A stretch of DNA of 64,000 nucleotides from Eledone cirrhosa (taxonomy: Eukaryota), in NCBI GenBank assembly GCA_964016885.1, contig OZ024742.1, positions 292,082,001 to 292,146,000 of the forward strand. The letters run 5' to 3'. The position numbers and the translations under genes are program-made. This document shows, piece by piece, positions 49,572 to 63,717 of this stretch (the first letter of the stretch is position 1; every line of letters begins with the position of its first letter). Under the pieces are notes generated by a model. It searched no databases. It was not told where the DNA came from and was given only the letters and a program-made list of their open reading frames with translations.

Positions 49572-49762
49572 ATTATTTCTGAAGACAGCATATATATGTG
49601 TAGGTATGTATATTCCCTCTGATAGTTTGTAAAACTTTTACATAGATCTATATGATATACATACCAACACACACATATATATCCTAGAAACGATCGTAAA
49701 ATGATGAAATTTTTAATATAAGGAACTGTTTCTTTGTTTTTATTCATTGTTTTTTATTAATT

Positions 49763-49852
<90 letters not shown>

Positions 49853-51293
49853 GTGTATTTGGTAATACACTGTATGCTTAATTAAAAGCATTTTGAAGAC
49901 CTTACACTATTGTTTTAAAGTAGTGACTATGCCACTTACTTCTTTTTTCAACAAACAAACAAAGGGAGATAAGCTGACAGATCTCTGTTTCATACTGTTG
50001 GTATTCCTCAGAGTGCTAAGGATTGGGCAACGATGATGATGATGACTGGATGTGAATATATTTATTAAAGAAACATTCCCCAGATAAATAATTTCTGGCC
50101 AATAAATATTTTCATGAAAGTGTAATTTTTGAATGTATAGCTTATTATTAGTGAAATTGTATGACATTGAATAGAAATGTTGGTGGTTGTTGTCAATTGA
50201 CAAGACAGTTAGGAATTGGACAGAACAATCAGAAATTGTTAGTAAATTATTGTGGATATTATAGAAATCAATGGCTGTTTCCATAAAGTCTGGCAGATAA
50301 CCAAGATTCTTGGAAATTTAAAATGCTTGTTATTAACTAATTCTAAGAACTTTCTCCTGGGGTGATTGTAATATTCCAATATTCAAAACTGATTTTGATA
50401 TCTATTTGTGATAGAATATTTGTAAAAATATCTCTGAGAGAGAGAGGAAATTATTTCCAAATGTCTTCTAGCAGAAGAAATCTCATTTATGGAAATCTGT
50501 CAAATTCCGTTACTATGGAGTTTTAATATCCTTTCATTACTAATGACCTATACTCTCTATAAAAACCCTTTAAAATTAGAAATTTTGTTTCAGAGAATCA
50601 GAGCTGGTTTTGGCCATGTTAGTATAAAAAAGGCTAATGTTTTGTCTTTTTTTTTCATAGAACTAGTGTCAGTTTGGGACACGTTCGTATCAAAAGTGTT
50701 ATATACATGATAAATGCACTCCATTAAGTGGTTGGTGATAGGAAGGGCATTAGAAACCAAGCCAAACAAAGAGTCGAATTACCTCATGAGCTGTGTCATA
50801 AGGCACGACAACCTCTATAGTGTTAATGATTCACATGATAAACATACCTAATACACTTTGTAAAGTGGTTGGTGATAGGAAGGGTATCCAGCCATAGTGG
50901 ACCTGCCAAACAAAGGGTTAGAAAGAATCTTTAGCTTTGTCAAAGATTTGATAACCTCCCTAGTGCTGGTGCCACAATAAAATGAACTCAGCAGAGTGCA
51001 GGAACAAAAGTATGTGAGATGCAGGTCTCTAACCCAGCTGAGAGATCACAACCTCTGCTTGAGTACTGACATGGTCTGTAAAGATCTAACCAACATTTGC
51101 TGTCAGGGAAAAGGGATGTTAAAGGATGATGATGATATTTGCTATTTGTGGTGACTGTTTATATTGAAATTTTACCAGACCTGCTGCCTTTTGAAAACAA
51201 ACAGTCTTGAGAAGTCAGTAGATTCAACAAAACTTCTAAGTAAACAATAAATATTCAGTGCATGTTTAGTCTATTTACTACACAAACTCATAG

Positions 51294-51795
<502 letters not shown>

Positions 51796-51874
51796 CAGGA
51801 TGTCCCCCAAGAATGAATATACATATTTATTAGAATGCTGTTGAAGTGTGTATACTCTTTTTGGGTACACCCTG
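51796..51874. mobile_element. 79-bp Tc1/mariner-type MITE
   Basis: TA|CAGGATGTCCCCCAA ... TTGGGTACACCCTG|TA; second copy at 63718. Confidence 0.8.
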
Positions 51875-52143
51875 TATCTTTATTATAGTCAAATGCAATG
51901 AGCAACATGACATCCCAATGGAATATGAACTGACAATGCCCTAAGTATATATAATGCTGTCCATAGATATCTTCATTCATTAAGGATTCACAAGTCTGAT
52001 GAGCTATCAATTCCAGTGTCAGGCTTGATCAATACTGATCATACCTTGAGCCTGATCGATCATGAAATGCACATCACACATGAATAAACATATTGATGCT
52101 ATATTGACACCTTGTTCTTGCTCCAGATTATTATTATTATTAT

Positions 52144-52535
52144 GGTGGATTGGCAGTATCGGTAGAGGGTCGGACGCCATGCTTTCCAGCACAGTTACGT
52201 CCCTTTATGGTCTGAGTTCAAATCCCGCCGAGGTTAACTTTGCCTTTCATCCTTACGGGGTCGATAAAATAAAGTACCAGTAAAACACTGAGATAATTGC
52301 TGGCCTTGTGCCTAAAGTAGAAACAATTATTATGGTGGATTGGCAGTATCAGTAGAGTATTAGACACCATACTTTGCAGCATAGAGTTATGCTCCTTTAT
52401 GTTCTGAGTTCAAATCCTGCTGAGGTTTGCTTCGCCTGTCATCCTTATGGGGTCAATAAAATAAAGCACCAGTAATATACTGCGATCGATTTAATTGACT
52501 TTCCCCTCCCCACAAATTACTGGCCTTATGCCTAT
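52144..52535 (+). mobile_element. Two tandem SINE family 1 copies (short then long subtype)
   Basis: 52144-52330 and 52334-52535, each preceded by ATTATTAT. Confidence 0.9.
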
Positions 52536-52932
52536 ACTATAATTTATTATTATTATTAACACCCTGCTTCATAAAGATACTGACTATGGGAAATACCAAA
52601 CGTAGAATACCACATCGGTAACTGGAGCCATATTAGCATTGCATACTCAAACTGGTGAACTAGTAGTGACTAAATGTTACACACCAATAAATTATATATA
52701 TATATATATATATCACAACATTTTTTCCTGAGTTCGTTTTTTTCCGTTGCTATGGCAATGCGGCCAGACTGTCGGTCGCTATATTTGATTTGCAAAGCTG
52801 TCTAAACGTTTTGTTATAACTCTGGGGTAATATTCTCCATCGAGTGCTAAAGCTACATTCCGAATCTGCATTCGTTAGCTTGGCCACTGCCAAAAGCTTC
52901 GTTGATGCTGTACTAAAATTTGTATTTGTATA

Positions 52933-53012
<80 letters not shown>

Positions 53013-53013
53013 T

Positions 53014-53162
53014 ATATGAAAAGATTCAGGACCCCGATGGCTGAGCTCCAGCTGTTTTGACAGCTATATCCTGAATCTTTTCATATTACCCACTCTACTA
53101 CCCCAAGTATTGAGTACTCTGGTGGGTTATGGTCCACCTGGTATTTTACCACACACTATCTG
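53014..53162. repeat. Micro fold-back: 18-bp arms 53014-53031 / 53069-53086 plus ~75-nt extension, in (TA)n
   Basis: ATATGAAAAGATTCAGGA / TCCTGAATCTTTTCATAT. Confidence 0.7.
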
Positions 53163-53175
53163 ATATATATATATA

Positions 53176-53814
53176 CTTGAGAGAAGACTACATTGGTATG
53201 GTCATGTGATGCGCATGAAAGATGACAGCTCTATAAAAAAGTGCAGGGCAATCAAAATTGATAGAAGTTATGGAGTAGGTAGACCCAGAAAAACCTGGGA
53301 CGATCTAATAAATTCCGACCTTACACACTTGCACCTCTCTATGTCACTGGACCGAGATCTTTGGCACTATGCAGTAATACAGAAGACCCGCCTTGCCTAT
53401 GTACAAAGCGAAACCTACAGTCAGTAGGCACCTCTTAACCAAATATACACCCCAATCCACTACCCCTACCCTATCCTCCCACTCCAACCAACACCACCCT
53501 CTCTCTATAAAGTTGGTACCACCACATCCAGTCCAAATAAATGGGATAATGAGATCGAGATCGTGTAGGTGTCACGACAAAAAACACACAGTCCACGCTG
53601 TAATGTGGTCGTGTAGGTAACACGGTAAAAAGTTCCCAGTTCCACACTGTAAATGTGGTTGGTGTTAGGAAGGGCATCCAGCTGTAGAAAACCTGCCAGA
53701 TAGTCCTATATGAGCAAGACACGGTCACCCGACCAACCTTGACTCAAATTGGGACAACTCCCGTCTAACCCATGCTAGCGTGGAAAATGGACGTTAAACA
53801 ATGATGATGATGAT
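53176..53814 (+). mobile_element. RTE family B 3' fragment
   Basis: ORF 53206..53427 and UTR closely match 33330..33990. Confidence 0.93.
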
Positions 53815-55332
53815 ATAGGTATGTATATGGTTAAAAAGAAATATATATGCACATTATGCATGCATACAAACTAGGACAATAATAGACATCCATCCATACA
53901 TCCATCTGTGTGCATGTATGTGTGTGCACATATGTGTGGGTGTATGTGTGTGTCTGTGTTTTATGTGTGTGTGTGTGTTTTATGTGTGTGTGTGTGTGTG
54001 TATAAAACACATTAGAGAGAAAAATCAATAACCAGTGTGTTCAAATAAACACATCTCGTGGTATTTATTCTGCTTGAGTATTTAAACTCCCTTGTTACTC
54101 TCACCATATGATTTTCAGTGAACCAATGGCTGGTTTGCGGCAATGGCATTTGTTCACAACAATGCATGATATAAAATATTATATATTAATATATATATAT
54201 GTGTGTGTGTGTAGCAATATCCGTAGGTGTAAAAAGGGAAAAAAAAAGGAAAACTATGCTCAATTGGGAAGAGAGTAGAAATATTATATTATTTATTTAT
54301 GTTCATAAATGGAACAAAAGAGCTACCTAAGGTTTCAAGGCCCAGAATTTAAGAGAGATCAAAATTGCGACCTATCTTCAATGAATTCGACTGATTTTCA
54401 GCCACCTTAATTTGATTTATATACTTCCGTAATATATTTTCTTTCTCTTTTTTTTCCCCACACTTACATAATACAATACACCTTCTATATTACTCTACTC
54501 CATATCTTAATATCACCATCTCTATATTACATTCCACCACAAGACTATTTTTCTGCTACAGCATATGGACAGTAACATGTGTACAATCTTGCCTTTCAAA
54601 TTTGGAGTTATTTACCTTTGTTATAATATATTTTTCATAAACTAGCGTTTTTAGCATGCATTACTTTTAACAGTATTTTATAAACTCATATAAGCGCCTG
54701 AAGATAAGTCACAATTTTGAACCCTCTTACATTCTGGAAATATGTTAGGAAGGACATCCAGCCATAGAAACCAAGCTGTGTGAGCGAAACTCCATACCCC
54801 AACCTGATCCCTCACAAAGAGACAGCCCATCCTACCTATGTTAGCCTAGAAGATGGATGTTAAATGATGATGATGATATATATATATAAATATATATATA
54901 TAAATTTAAAGGTTTAATAATATACAACTAGTCGTTTGTTTTTCCTAGTACTATACCTTTATATTCATAATTACTCTCTGATCTTCCACTTGGGCACTGT
55001 ACATTTAACTTTCAAATTGGACTGTTATTGTACCTCCTGCAAAGACCACATCGAGAAAAATACTTTGGTAAGCAATCTTCCTTGTTTACTTTGTTTTGTT
55101 TGCACATTGATTCACACAAACAAATTTTAACCTTACATATCTTCGTATATATATATATATATATTTATTAAAATAACAGATTAAAGTTTAAGCAAAGAAT
55201 CGCTGCTTTCACCCTTAACGGGATCTTATGAAACTAACAAAGTCAATCTGTAAACGCAGAAGTGAATATTTCAAAAAACGTTGCAACCGGAGGAAGACAG
55301 GAAGACGATACTTTGGTTCGTGGAAACGTTCC

Positions 55333-55585
55333 CTGGCAAAGAGCGGGAAAAAACGAATATAATACGTCATTATTTGGAGCGGTGAAAAACAATTACACGC
55401 AAAGACAGAACCACGTTTATGGTATAAAAGAAGTCGTAGACTAATATTCTCTTAGGTGGTTCATAGAGATGTTCTCTGGCAAAGAACGGAAAAAACGAAT
55501 ATAATACGTCATATGTGGAGCGGTGAGAACAATTGCACGCAAAGACAAAACCACGTAAATGGTATAACTGAAGTCGTAGACTAAA
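55333..55585. repeat. Tandem duplication, period ~143 bp
   Basis: CTGGCAAAGA...CGAATATAATACGTCAT...GAAGTCGTAGACTAA occurs twice. Confidence 0.85.
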
Positions 55586-56134
55586 ATTCTAACTATGAGA
55601 CCGAATGATTCTCCGCTTCAGAGTTAAGAACAAAGTAAATAAATACAATACAGAGGTAATTGAAATTAAATAAATACATACACGCATCCAAATACGTACA
55701 TACACAAACGTACGCGAAAACACTCGCCATATGTATACAAATACACGCACATATAAATATGTGTGTGTGTGTGTGTGTGCATGTATACAAATAATTAAAT
55801 AAACATATATAAATAAATAAATACGTATATAACAAGCGCACACACATACCTACATGTAAATACACAAATGTTCGGAGATGTACGTCAACCAAAACACGAA
55901 GTACACATATACATACACCCTACATACGTACGAACCCGCATGTTTTGTTCTAGATATAGCAGCTTCTCTGGTGGTGATACCATGCTAGTCTGCCATTAGT
56001 AGACACAAAAATGTGGTTGGTATTAGGAAGGGCATCCAGCTGTAATGCCAAAAATGGAATGCAGAAGCATGATGTGGTTTTCCAGCCTGTCAACCCATCC
56101 ATCCCATGCCAGTATGGAAAGTGTATGTAACAGG

Positions 56135-56537
56135 ATGATGAAGATGATGATGATGATGATGATGACAGTGATATGATGATGATGATAGTGGTTGTAGTGG
56201 TAATGATGGTGATGAAAGTGATGATGATAGAGGCAATGATGATGATGATAGTGATGAGGATGATTATGATGATGATGATGATGATGATGTGGTTGTGGTG
56301 GTAATGATGATGATGATGTGCTTTGGTAGTGATGATGATGATGATAATGATGACGATGATGGTAATGATGATGATGATGTGTTGTGGTGGTGGTGATGAT
56401 GATGATGATAATGATGATGATGATGATGGTGATGATGGTGATGATAATGATGATGGTGATGAGGATGATTATGATGATGATAATGATGTGGTGGTGATGA
56501 TGGTGATGATAGTGATGATGATGATGATAATGGTAAT
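56135..56537. repeat. (GAT)n/(GGT)n degenerate microsatellite following an old RTE-type tail
   Basis: Preceded by GGTTGGTATTAGGAAGGGCATCCAGC...CCCATGCCAGTATGGAAA. Confidence 0.9.
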
Positions 56538-56703
56538 AATTGGTTCTACTTTTGGCACAAGGCCAGCAATTACTCAGTACATTACTGGTACTTTATTTTA
56601 TGGACCCCGTAAGGATGAAAGGCAAAGTTAACCTAGGCGGGATTTGAACTCAGACCATAAAGGGCCGTAACTCTTTGCTGCAAAGCATGGCGCCCGACCC
56701 TCT
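56538..56703 (-). mobile_element. SINE family 1
   Basis: B-box, central domain and 3' end match the family. Confidence 0.9.
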
Positions 56704-57242
56704 GGTGATGATGATGATGGTTAGTTATATTGCTGAGACTGTTAAGACATAGACCAGACACTTAACACCATCTAGTTCAATACATCACAATTCTGAGTTC
56801 ACATTCTGTTGTGGTTAAAGTTTACATTTCTTCTCACCTGGCTGTCAATAGACAAAACATCAATACAATATAATTACAAGTGAATTAATCAATTATCGCC
56901 CCCACGCAGCCCCACACTCCCTTCCTGTATTTTATGAAACATCAATCAGTCCAGAGAGCTAAACATTGAACAAAAAATATGTGTTAGAAATAATGTTTAG
57001 ATAAAAATAAATACATTTTCATCATCATCATCATCACCATCATCATCACCATCGTTGTCGTTGTCCACATCATCATCATTACCACCAATACCACTACCAC
57101 TACCACTACCACTACCCAGTGTATTTCTAATGAAATACACTACCAGTTGTTTTCAAATCATTTTGAAAATAATCAAGAATTATTAAGATACTGTTTGGAA
57201 CATAACTTAACAAAGGTTCTTACATTAAATTATGATTGAAAA

Positions 57243-57427
57243 GGGCGGTGGATGGCAGTATCGGTAGAGGGTCGGATGCCATGCTTTGACGCATAGAGTT
57301 ATGGCCTTTGCCATTCTGAGTTCAAATCCCACTGAGATTAACTTTGCCTTTCATCCTTACGGGGTCGATAAAATAAAGTACCAGTAATATACTGGATAAT
57401 TGCTGGTGTTGTACCAAAAGTAGAAAC
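57243..57427 (+). mobile_element. SINE family 1 with 16-bp TSD
   Basis: TSD AAATTATGATTGAAAA at 57227-57242 and 57428-57443. Confidence 0.93.
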
Positions 57428-58809
57428 AAATTATGATTGAAAACTTTTAGATAAATATAGATACTTTAATACTTCTACACCCATATTTCTAATGAGAGAC
57501 ATTGCCTATAATTTTTATTAGTTTTGAAAATAATCAAGCATTTAGAGAGATCTACTAATGCAAATTTCTCACCGCAGTGATTAGAGCATAATAAAGCAAA
57601 ACACAGACCTAAGCGTTAAGCCTGTCACCCTCTCCCCTTCATCTTTCTATCATAGAACTAGGTGCCATTTCTGGCAGATTGGTATCAAAAGGGTTAGAGT
57701 GTATAGTTGCATAGAGTACCTAAGCAGCATATTAATAGAGTCATTAGAGTATTGGATAGAATATCTCGGGGGTATTTGTTCTGATTTTCTGTACATTTAA
57801 TTTAATTCCCACTGTGGTTGTCAATATTACATTTCATCCTTACATGAACGCAACTAACTACATTCACTAACTCACCTCACAATAAAAACTAATGAAATAA
57901 TTTCTTTTGTAAACCAGTCAATTGATTTATTTCAGTATGTAGCTAGTCTACAATTGATTTTAATGTCTTTTACAGACCTGTACTGATCAAGTAGAGGTTA
58001 TTGTACTATAAAGACAAGCACTGGTCAAACAACACTGACTATAGTGGACAGACCAGCACTGACCAGGAAGAAGTTATTCTGTTAGATTGAAAGATTGGTG
58101 TTAATTATTTTCAAACAGAGTTAAGAGGAATATCATGTGGACAGATCTATGGAAATTGAAACCTTTCTGAATCTCCTTCCTATTCTTATAAGCAAGATGG
58201 GATGGGCTTACTGTCCTGTTTGAGTTGTTAGTAGCATCTATTAAGTACTGACGTGGTCTGTGATGACCTAGCATGGAAAATGAATGTTAGATAATGATGA
58301 TGTATCTGAATTCTATATTTGTAATGTCCACCAACTATTCCATAATTTCTACTTAGAAAAAGCTGAGAAAAACATGAATGTCTTGAAATCACAGCAATGC
58401 TAGAGAGAATATAAGCTGTGTATCTGAATTTATGATACCTATTAAAACTAAAAGAATCCAATCAACTCTGATATATATTTATTGATCTTCAAAAGAAATT
58501 TCTTATGAATGCTTATTGATGTTTATTCAATGTTATCTCAAAAACTGGAAATTATATGTTTAATAATTGTGCAAAAATATTTTCCTCTAATTTGATGTTA
58601 AATTTCCAAAATTACTTTTTGTCAAAGTGGTACTCTTGGGTCTTGAATACTCATCCCCACTCCTACTTATTCATTTTTCAGATTTGTTCCAATCCCCCAA
58701 ATAATGTGTGTGTGAGTGGGGGTGGGGGGTGGGGGGAATACGTGGAGAAGTTAAAATAAGCAGGGATGGGGAATTAGTAATTTTCCTATGTTGTCTCCAT
58801 TGATTGGTA

Positions 58810-59066
58810 ATCTGGGACAAGAGCTGGGTCTACTGTTATGACCAAGAGACAGAGTGCCCAGTGAAAACATTCTGACTCCCCAACACCCAAGAAGGTCCAC
58901 TGGGAAGCTCATGATGATCCCATTCTTTGACAGCAAGGACATTATCCACATCCACTGGGTCCCACATGGCCAGACAGTCAACAAAGAGTATTATGTAGAG
59001 GTTTTGAGGCAGTTCAGTAAGAGATTTCGTCACAAGGGAACAGAACACTTCAAGTCTGGTTAGTGG
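58810..59066 (+). pseudogene. Mariner-family transposase fragment
   Basis: WVYCYDQET, then KLMMIPFFDSKDIIH..WVPHGQTVNKEYYVEVLRQF..RFRHK, the segment following the first catalytic Asp of mariner transposases. Confidence 0.85.
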
Positions 59067-59123
59067 CATGTGTGTCCCCCCAGTCTATGTCTGTGTTTAT
59101 GTCCTGTAACACACACATACATT

Positions 59124-59192
<69 letters not shown>

Positions 59193-59194
59193 AC

Positions 59195-59229
<35 letters not shown>

Positions 59230-59295
59230 TATTAAAATAGATTAAAGTTTAAGCAAAGAATCGCTGCTTTCACCCTTAACGGCATCTTCTGAAAC

Positions 59296-59879
59296 TGTAA
59301 AATACTCTTTTACTGGTTTCAGTAATTAGGCTGTCATTGTGGAGGGTCAAAGCAACACCAAATATCAGCCTGGAGCATATCAATGAATCGAAACAACAGA
59401 AGTAAGCTTTATTTCATCTTTATGTTTTTCTGTTTTTTCTGTTCAACTTCTAGCTGGCTCTTTGGATTTTAGTCTTCACGTTTATTATTATTACTATATA
59501 TATATATATATATAGGTGTGGATTGGCAGTATCGGTAGAGGGTCGGACGCCATACTTTCCAGCATAGTTACGTCCCTTTACGATCTGAGTTCAAATCCCA
59601 CCGAGGTTGACTTTGCCTTTCATCCTTACGGGGTCGATAAAATAAAGTACCAATAATACACTGGGTAATTGCTGGCCTTGTGCCTAAAGTAGAAACAATT
59701 ACTATATATATATATATATATATATATGTTGAACATAAAAAACATAAAAACATAAAGATGAAATAAAGCTTACTTCTGTTGTTTTGATTCATTGATACGC
59801 TCCAGGCTGATATTTTGTGTTGCTTTGACCCTCCACAATGACAGCCTAATTACTGAAACCAGTAAAAGAGTATTTTACA
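59296..59879. repeat. 152-bp inverted repeat (59296-59447 / 59728-59879) around (TA)n and a SINE
   Basis: Arms are reverse complements with scattered mismatches. Confidence 0.88.
59513..59697 (+). mobile_element. SINE family 1
   Basis: A and B boxes; ATTACTATATATA duplicated on both sides. Confidence 0.92.
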
Positions 59880-60129
59880 AGTCTTGTTTTAGTTTTTTCA
59901 TACATAAACGACCAATAATTAGACAGAAAGTTTCATTTTTCTTTAAAGAAGACACAAACACACACAAATACAATCGTTAATGTTTTAATATAAACACAAT
60001 TGTTTTTATTTTATTACAATAATTCATCATAATAATAATTGTCTTTTAGTTAATGAATAATTTTGTTGATCATTTAATTAATAATGGTAAAACATTTAGG
60101 AGATATCATCCTCATCATCCCCATCACCA

Positions 60130-60560
60130 CAACAATAACAAGAACAAGCGATTTTTCCTGCTAAAGAAGAGGTTAGCCTCATTGAGTTCCATGGCAAGCT
60201 TCTTCATTTCCCCCTATTTTCAGCATTCTCCTCCCCCCATCATCTTTAGTGATGTTTTCCTTGGTCTCCCCTTTCTTCTATCTCCCTCCAAATTTATTTC
60301 TATCATTCCTCTCACCCAATCATTTCCATCCTTCCTCAACACATGACCCAACCATCTCATTTTATTTCTCTTCACAACATTCATCACTGGCACTGTTCCT
60401 CTCCTTATTCTCTTTCATCCTTCCTCAATACACGACCCAACCATCACCAGAACTGGCTCTGTTCCAATCATCCTCTGTAATTCATTGTTTGTCTTCCTTT
60501 CTCAGAGACACCTAATTCATCCACTGGACCATTTTCATCTCCATTTTCCCAGCCATCCTG
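60130..60560 (-). mobile_element. Old RTE-like 3' remnant
   Basis: Minus strand encodes GHVLRK and RRKGRPRK-like motifs. Confidence 0.6.
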
Positions 60561-61171
60561 AGGTATGCTGGGAAACAAATTAATGATGATGACAGGATAT
60601 TTCAAGAGAAACCATTTTGCAGAAACCATCTGATTCCACTCTTCAAATGAGAATTATTTTCAATGAATATTGATAAAAAAGTAATAAAAAATAATCATCA
60701 ATCAAAAAATAAAATCTATTGATTTATCTTTAATGAATATTCATATGCAATCGATTAGGAACATTATAAGTTGTTAGAGTAAATGAATTTCTAATGAAAT
60801 CAAGCTGTTTTGTTTTCAGCAACCTTCACAGTTCTGCTTCGACAGATGGGAAATATATTTTATGTCAGGAGAGAGAGACAAACTATAAGAAAATATAAGA
60901 TTTTAATTTAAATTTTATACTTTATTGATGCTAATATAATTGTTTCTTTGATAATTCATTAATATTGACTGAGCACAAAGTCAATCTATATTATAATCAC
61001 TGTATAGCCTTTTTGTCAGTCTGTCACATGGCTGCTACACTGTCAAAAACGATCTAAAATATTTAGAATCATGGAACACAAATGTAAGACAAAAAGAGAA
61101 TGGGGGTGGTGCAAAAGATCCAAACATTCCAAAATATGTTCCCTTTCAATGATGTTGTCTCTTTCTCTCCA

Positions 61172-61260
<89 letters not shown>

Positions 61261-61359
61261 ACCTGTACCTAACTACCTACCAATCGATTGACAGACTCAC
61301 TAACCAACTAACCCTCTGATTGACTGACCTATCTACCTATCTATTTCTGAATATATACA

Positions 61360-61486
61360 GGCGGCAAATTGGCAGAGTTGTTAGAACGTTGGATAAAATG
61401 CTTTATGGTATTCGTTCTGGCTCTGCTCTCTGAGTTCAAATCCCACCAAGGTCAGCTTTACCTTTCATCTTTTCAAGGTTGATAAC
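61360..61486 (+). mobile_element. Diverged, 3'-truncated SINE family 1 relative
   Basis: TTGGCAGAGTTG head, GAGTTCAAATCCCACCAAGG, CCTTTCATC. Confidence 0.7.
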
Positions 61487-62139
61487 CCTTTTGGTACCAT
61501 ATTTTTAATGGAAGACACTGGTCTGTGACAACCTGTTCAACCTATGGCTAGCATGGAAAGATAAACATTAAGTCATGATGATGATGATGATGATATATCA
61601 AAGTTATATTCTCACAAGTGTTAGTGCCCCAGCATGGCCTCAGCTTCTAGGCTGGAACATGAATTAAAGTAATAGAGTAAACATAGACCATACACCCTAA
61701 ACAATTGATTTATTGGGACATGAAATCAAGACTCTCGCTCAAGAAAACAATGCATTACCCAGTCCATGAATTAAATTAATGATCTTATAACCACAAGTCC
61801 AACATCCTAACCACTAGGCCATGTACCATTGTTGTAATACCACAATATAAGAAGAGATCCAGGTCAGAGAATGTTAACCTAAATTTATTGGAGGTCAACA
61901 CAGCCAGAATATATTCTATGTAACGATTACCTGTACATAAAATCCCTATGGACTTTAGTTGAAAACAAATCTTAAAGACTATTTAGGCATTCTTTTCATC
62001 GATTCTACACTTGGCAAAATATCCTCTCATGGGGCAAAACCTGGGTTTGTTAACAATGGAACAGAAATTGATTTCCTGTAGTTGTGGCTTGAAGTTATAA
62101 ATTTGGCCAGCAAGGAAAGCTGATTTAAAATAAAAACGT

Positions 62140-62510
62140 TGGTGGTGATGATAATGATGATGATGAAGATGATAATGATGATGGTAGTGGTGGTGATCAT
62201 AATGAAGGTGATAATGATGGTGGTGGTGGTGGAGGAGGTGTTGGTGGTGATGGTGATGATGTTGCTGGTAATGCTGATGAAGATAGTTATGATAGTGTTG
62301 ATGACAATGAGGATGATGATGATGATGATAACAATAATGATAGTGATGATGATAAGGATGATGGTGATGGTAATGATAATGATGATGATGCTGATGGTAA
62401 TGGTGGTGATCATGGTGGCGATGATGATAATGATTATGATGATGGTGAGAGTGATCATGGTGGGGATGATGATGATGTTGATGATAATGATGATGATGAT
62501 GATGGTGATT
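62140..62510. repeat. (GAT)n/(GGT)n degenerate microsatellite
   Basis: Directly visible; explains poly-His, poly-Met and poly-Ile ORFs. Confidence 0.95.
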
Positions 62511-62819
62511 GCTGTAATGGAAGAAGGAAAGAGACATGATATTTCCTAATAATTGATTTACACTCTTTGGTATTTATGATTGTTATGGAAGCCAAAAAAT
62601 AAAATCAATAACACAAAGTTCTTTTACAATTGCATACTTATACAGATTCTCACTACCCTTTTGGTACCATATTTATAATGAAAGACACTGCTTATGATTT
62701 TCATTTAATTTTGAAAGTAATTAAAAATTTCGAGGGATTTAGTAATATAGCTTTCTCATTATCAACCTCGTGTTTGAAACATAACAATGGTTCTTATATA
62801 AAATTATGATGGATAGTTC

Positions 62820-63120
62820 TCTTATTCTTCGCCCATCTTGCTTGAGGTCTACTCCTAGGTCTCCTGCCAGTTTGTTTTGCCCGTAAAATCTGTCCAGTGA
62901 TTTTTTCATGAGACATTCTAACCACATGATGTAGTATCGAAGCTGTGATCTCTCAATTTGGAGAAATAGTGGCTCTATCTAAAGTGACACTCAGATCTCT
63001 GAGCTATGCACTTTATCAAGTAATTTTACTCCTAAGACCCATCAGAGGAACTCCATTTTGGCCACTTGTATTCTTTCGGTCATTACCCAAGATTCATGAT
63101 CATAGGTAAGGGTTGGCAGG
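62820..63120 (-). mobile_element. Old RTE-like fragment
   Basis: Minus strand reads PTLTYDHESWVMTERIQVAKMEFL, the LTYG.E.W...EM.FL region of RTE ORFs. Confidence 0.7.
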
Positions 63121-63169
63121 AATAAGAAAGTGAAGATAAGCAAGTTTGGCTTTTACATCTACTTCCCTT

Positions 63170-63312
63170 CTACTTGGGTTTTTCAGTTTCCATCTACCAA
63201 ATTTCACTCACAAAGCATTAGTCAATGAAGCTATAGTAGCAGACACTTGTCCAAGATGCCATATATTGTGACTGAATCTAAAATCATGTGGTTGCAAAGC
63301 ACCTTAACACAC
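63170..63312 (-). mobile_element. Old SINE remnant (related remnant at about 17425-17555)
   Basis: Shared GCTA.AGTAG.AGA...TTG.C.AAG.TG...CATGTGGTT...CCTTAAC.CAC between the two loci. Confidence 0.6.
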
Positions 63313-63717
63313 ACATACATAATTACCTATGCAGACATAGATCTAAACATACATCTACACATACACACCTACAGGCACAGCATTACACACACAGACACAT
63401 GAACATCCACATTCACCTCCACCCACATACATACCTATACACACATCTATAATACATATACAGTTACACACAGAGGCACGCAACATCCCCATCAACACAC
63501 ACATATACACATATATACACAAAGATACATACAAAAACCTACACATACATATCTACACAAAAAAAAGCTACACACACATTCATACACACACATCTACTCA
63601 CACAAACATATACACACATAAACATTCCAACACACAGTTCTCCGCATTTATAAACACCTAGAAACATCTACATACTTACACACTACACAAACAGACCTAC
63701 ACACCTACACACACATA

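Larger units (their letters stand above)
48700..49765 (-). mobile_element. Non-coding fold-back element with ~300-bp arms (48834-49131 / 49267-49765, right arm SINE-interrupted) and ~130-nt extension
   Basis: Arms are near-exact reverse complements; (TA)n on both flanks; a hammerhead in each arm. Confidence 0.85.

Noticed and set aside
49907-50284. 125-aa minus-strand ORF in non-repetitive DNA
   Set aside because: No recognisable domain or supported splice structure; needs BLASTX or RNA-seq.
57960-58260. Possible exon after a TTTTACAG acceptor
   Set aside because: Stops in all three frames soon after the acceptor; a non-coding exon cannot be supported from sequence alone.
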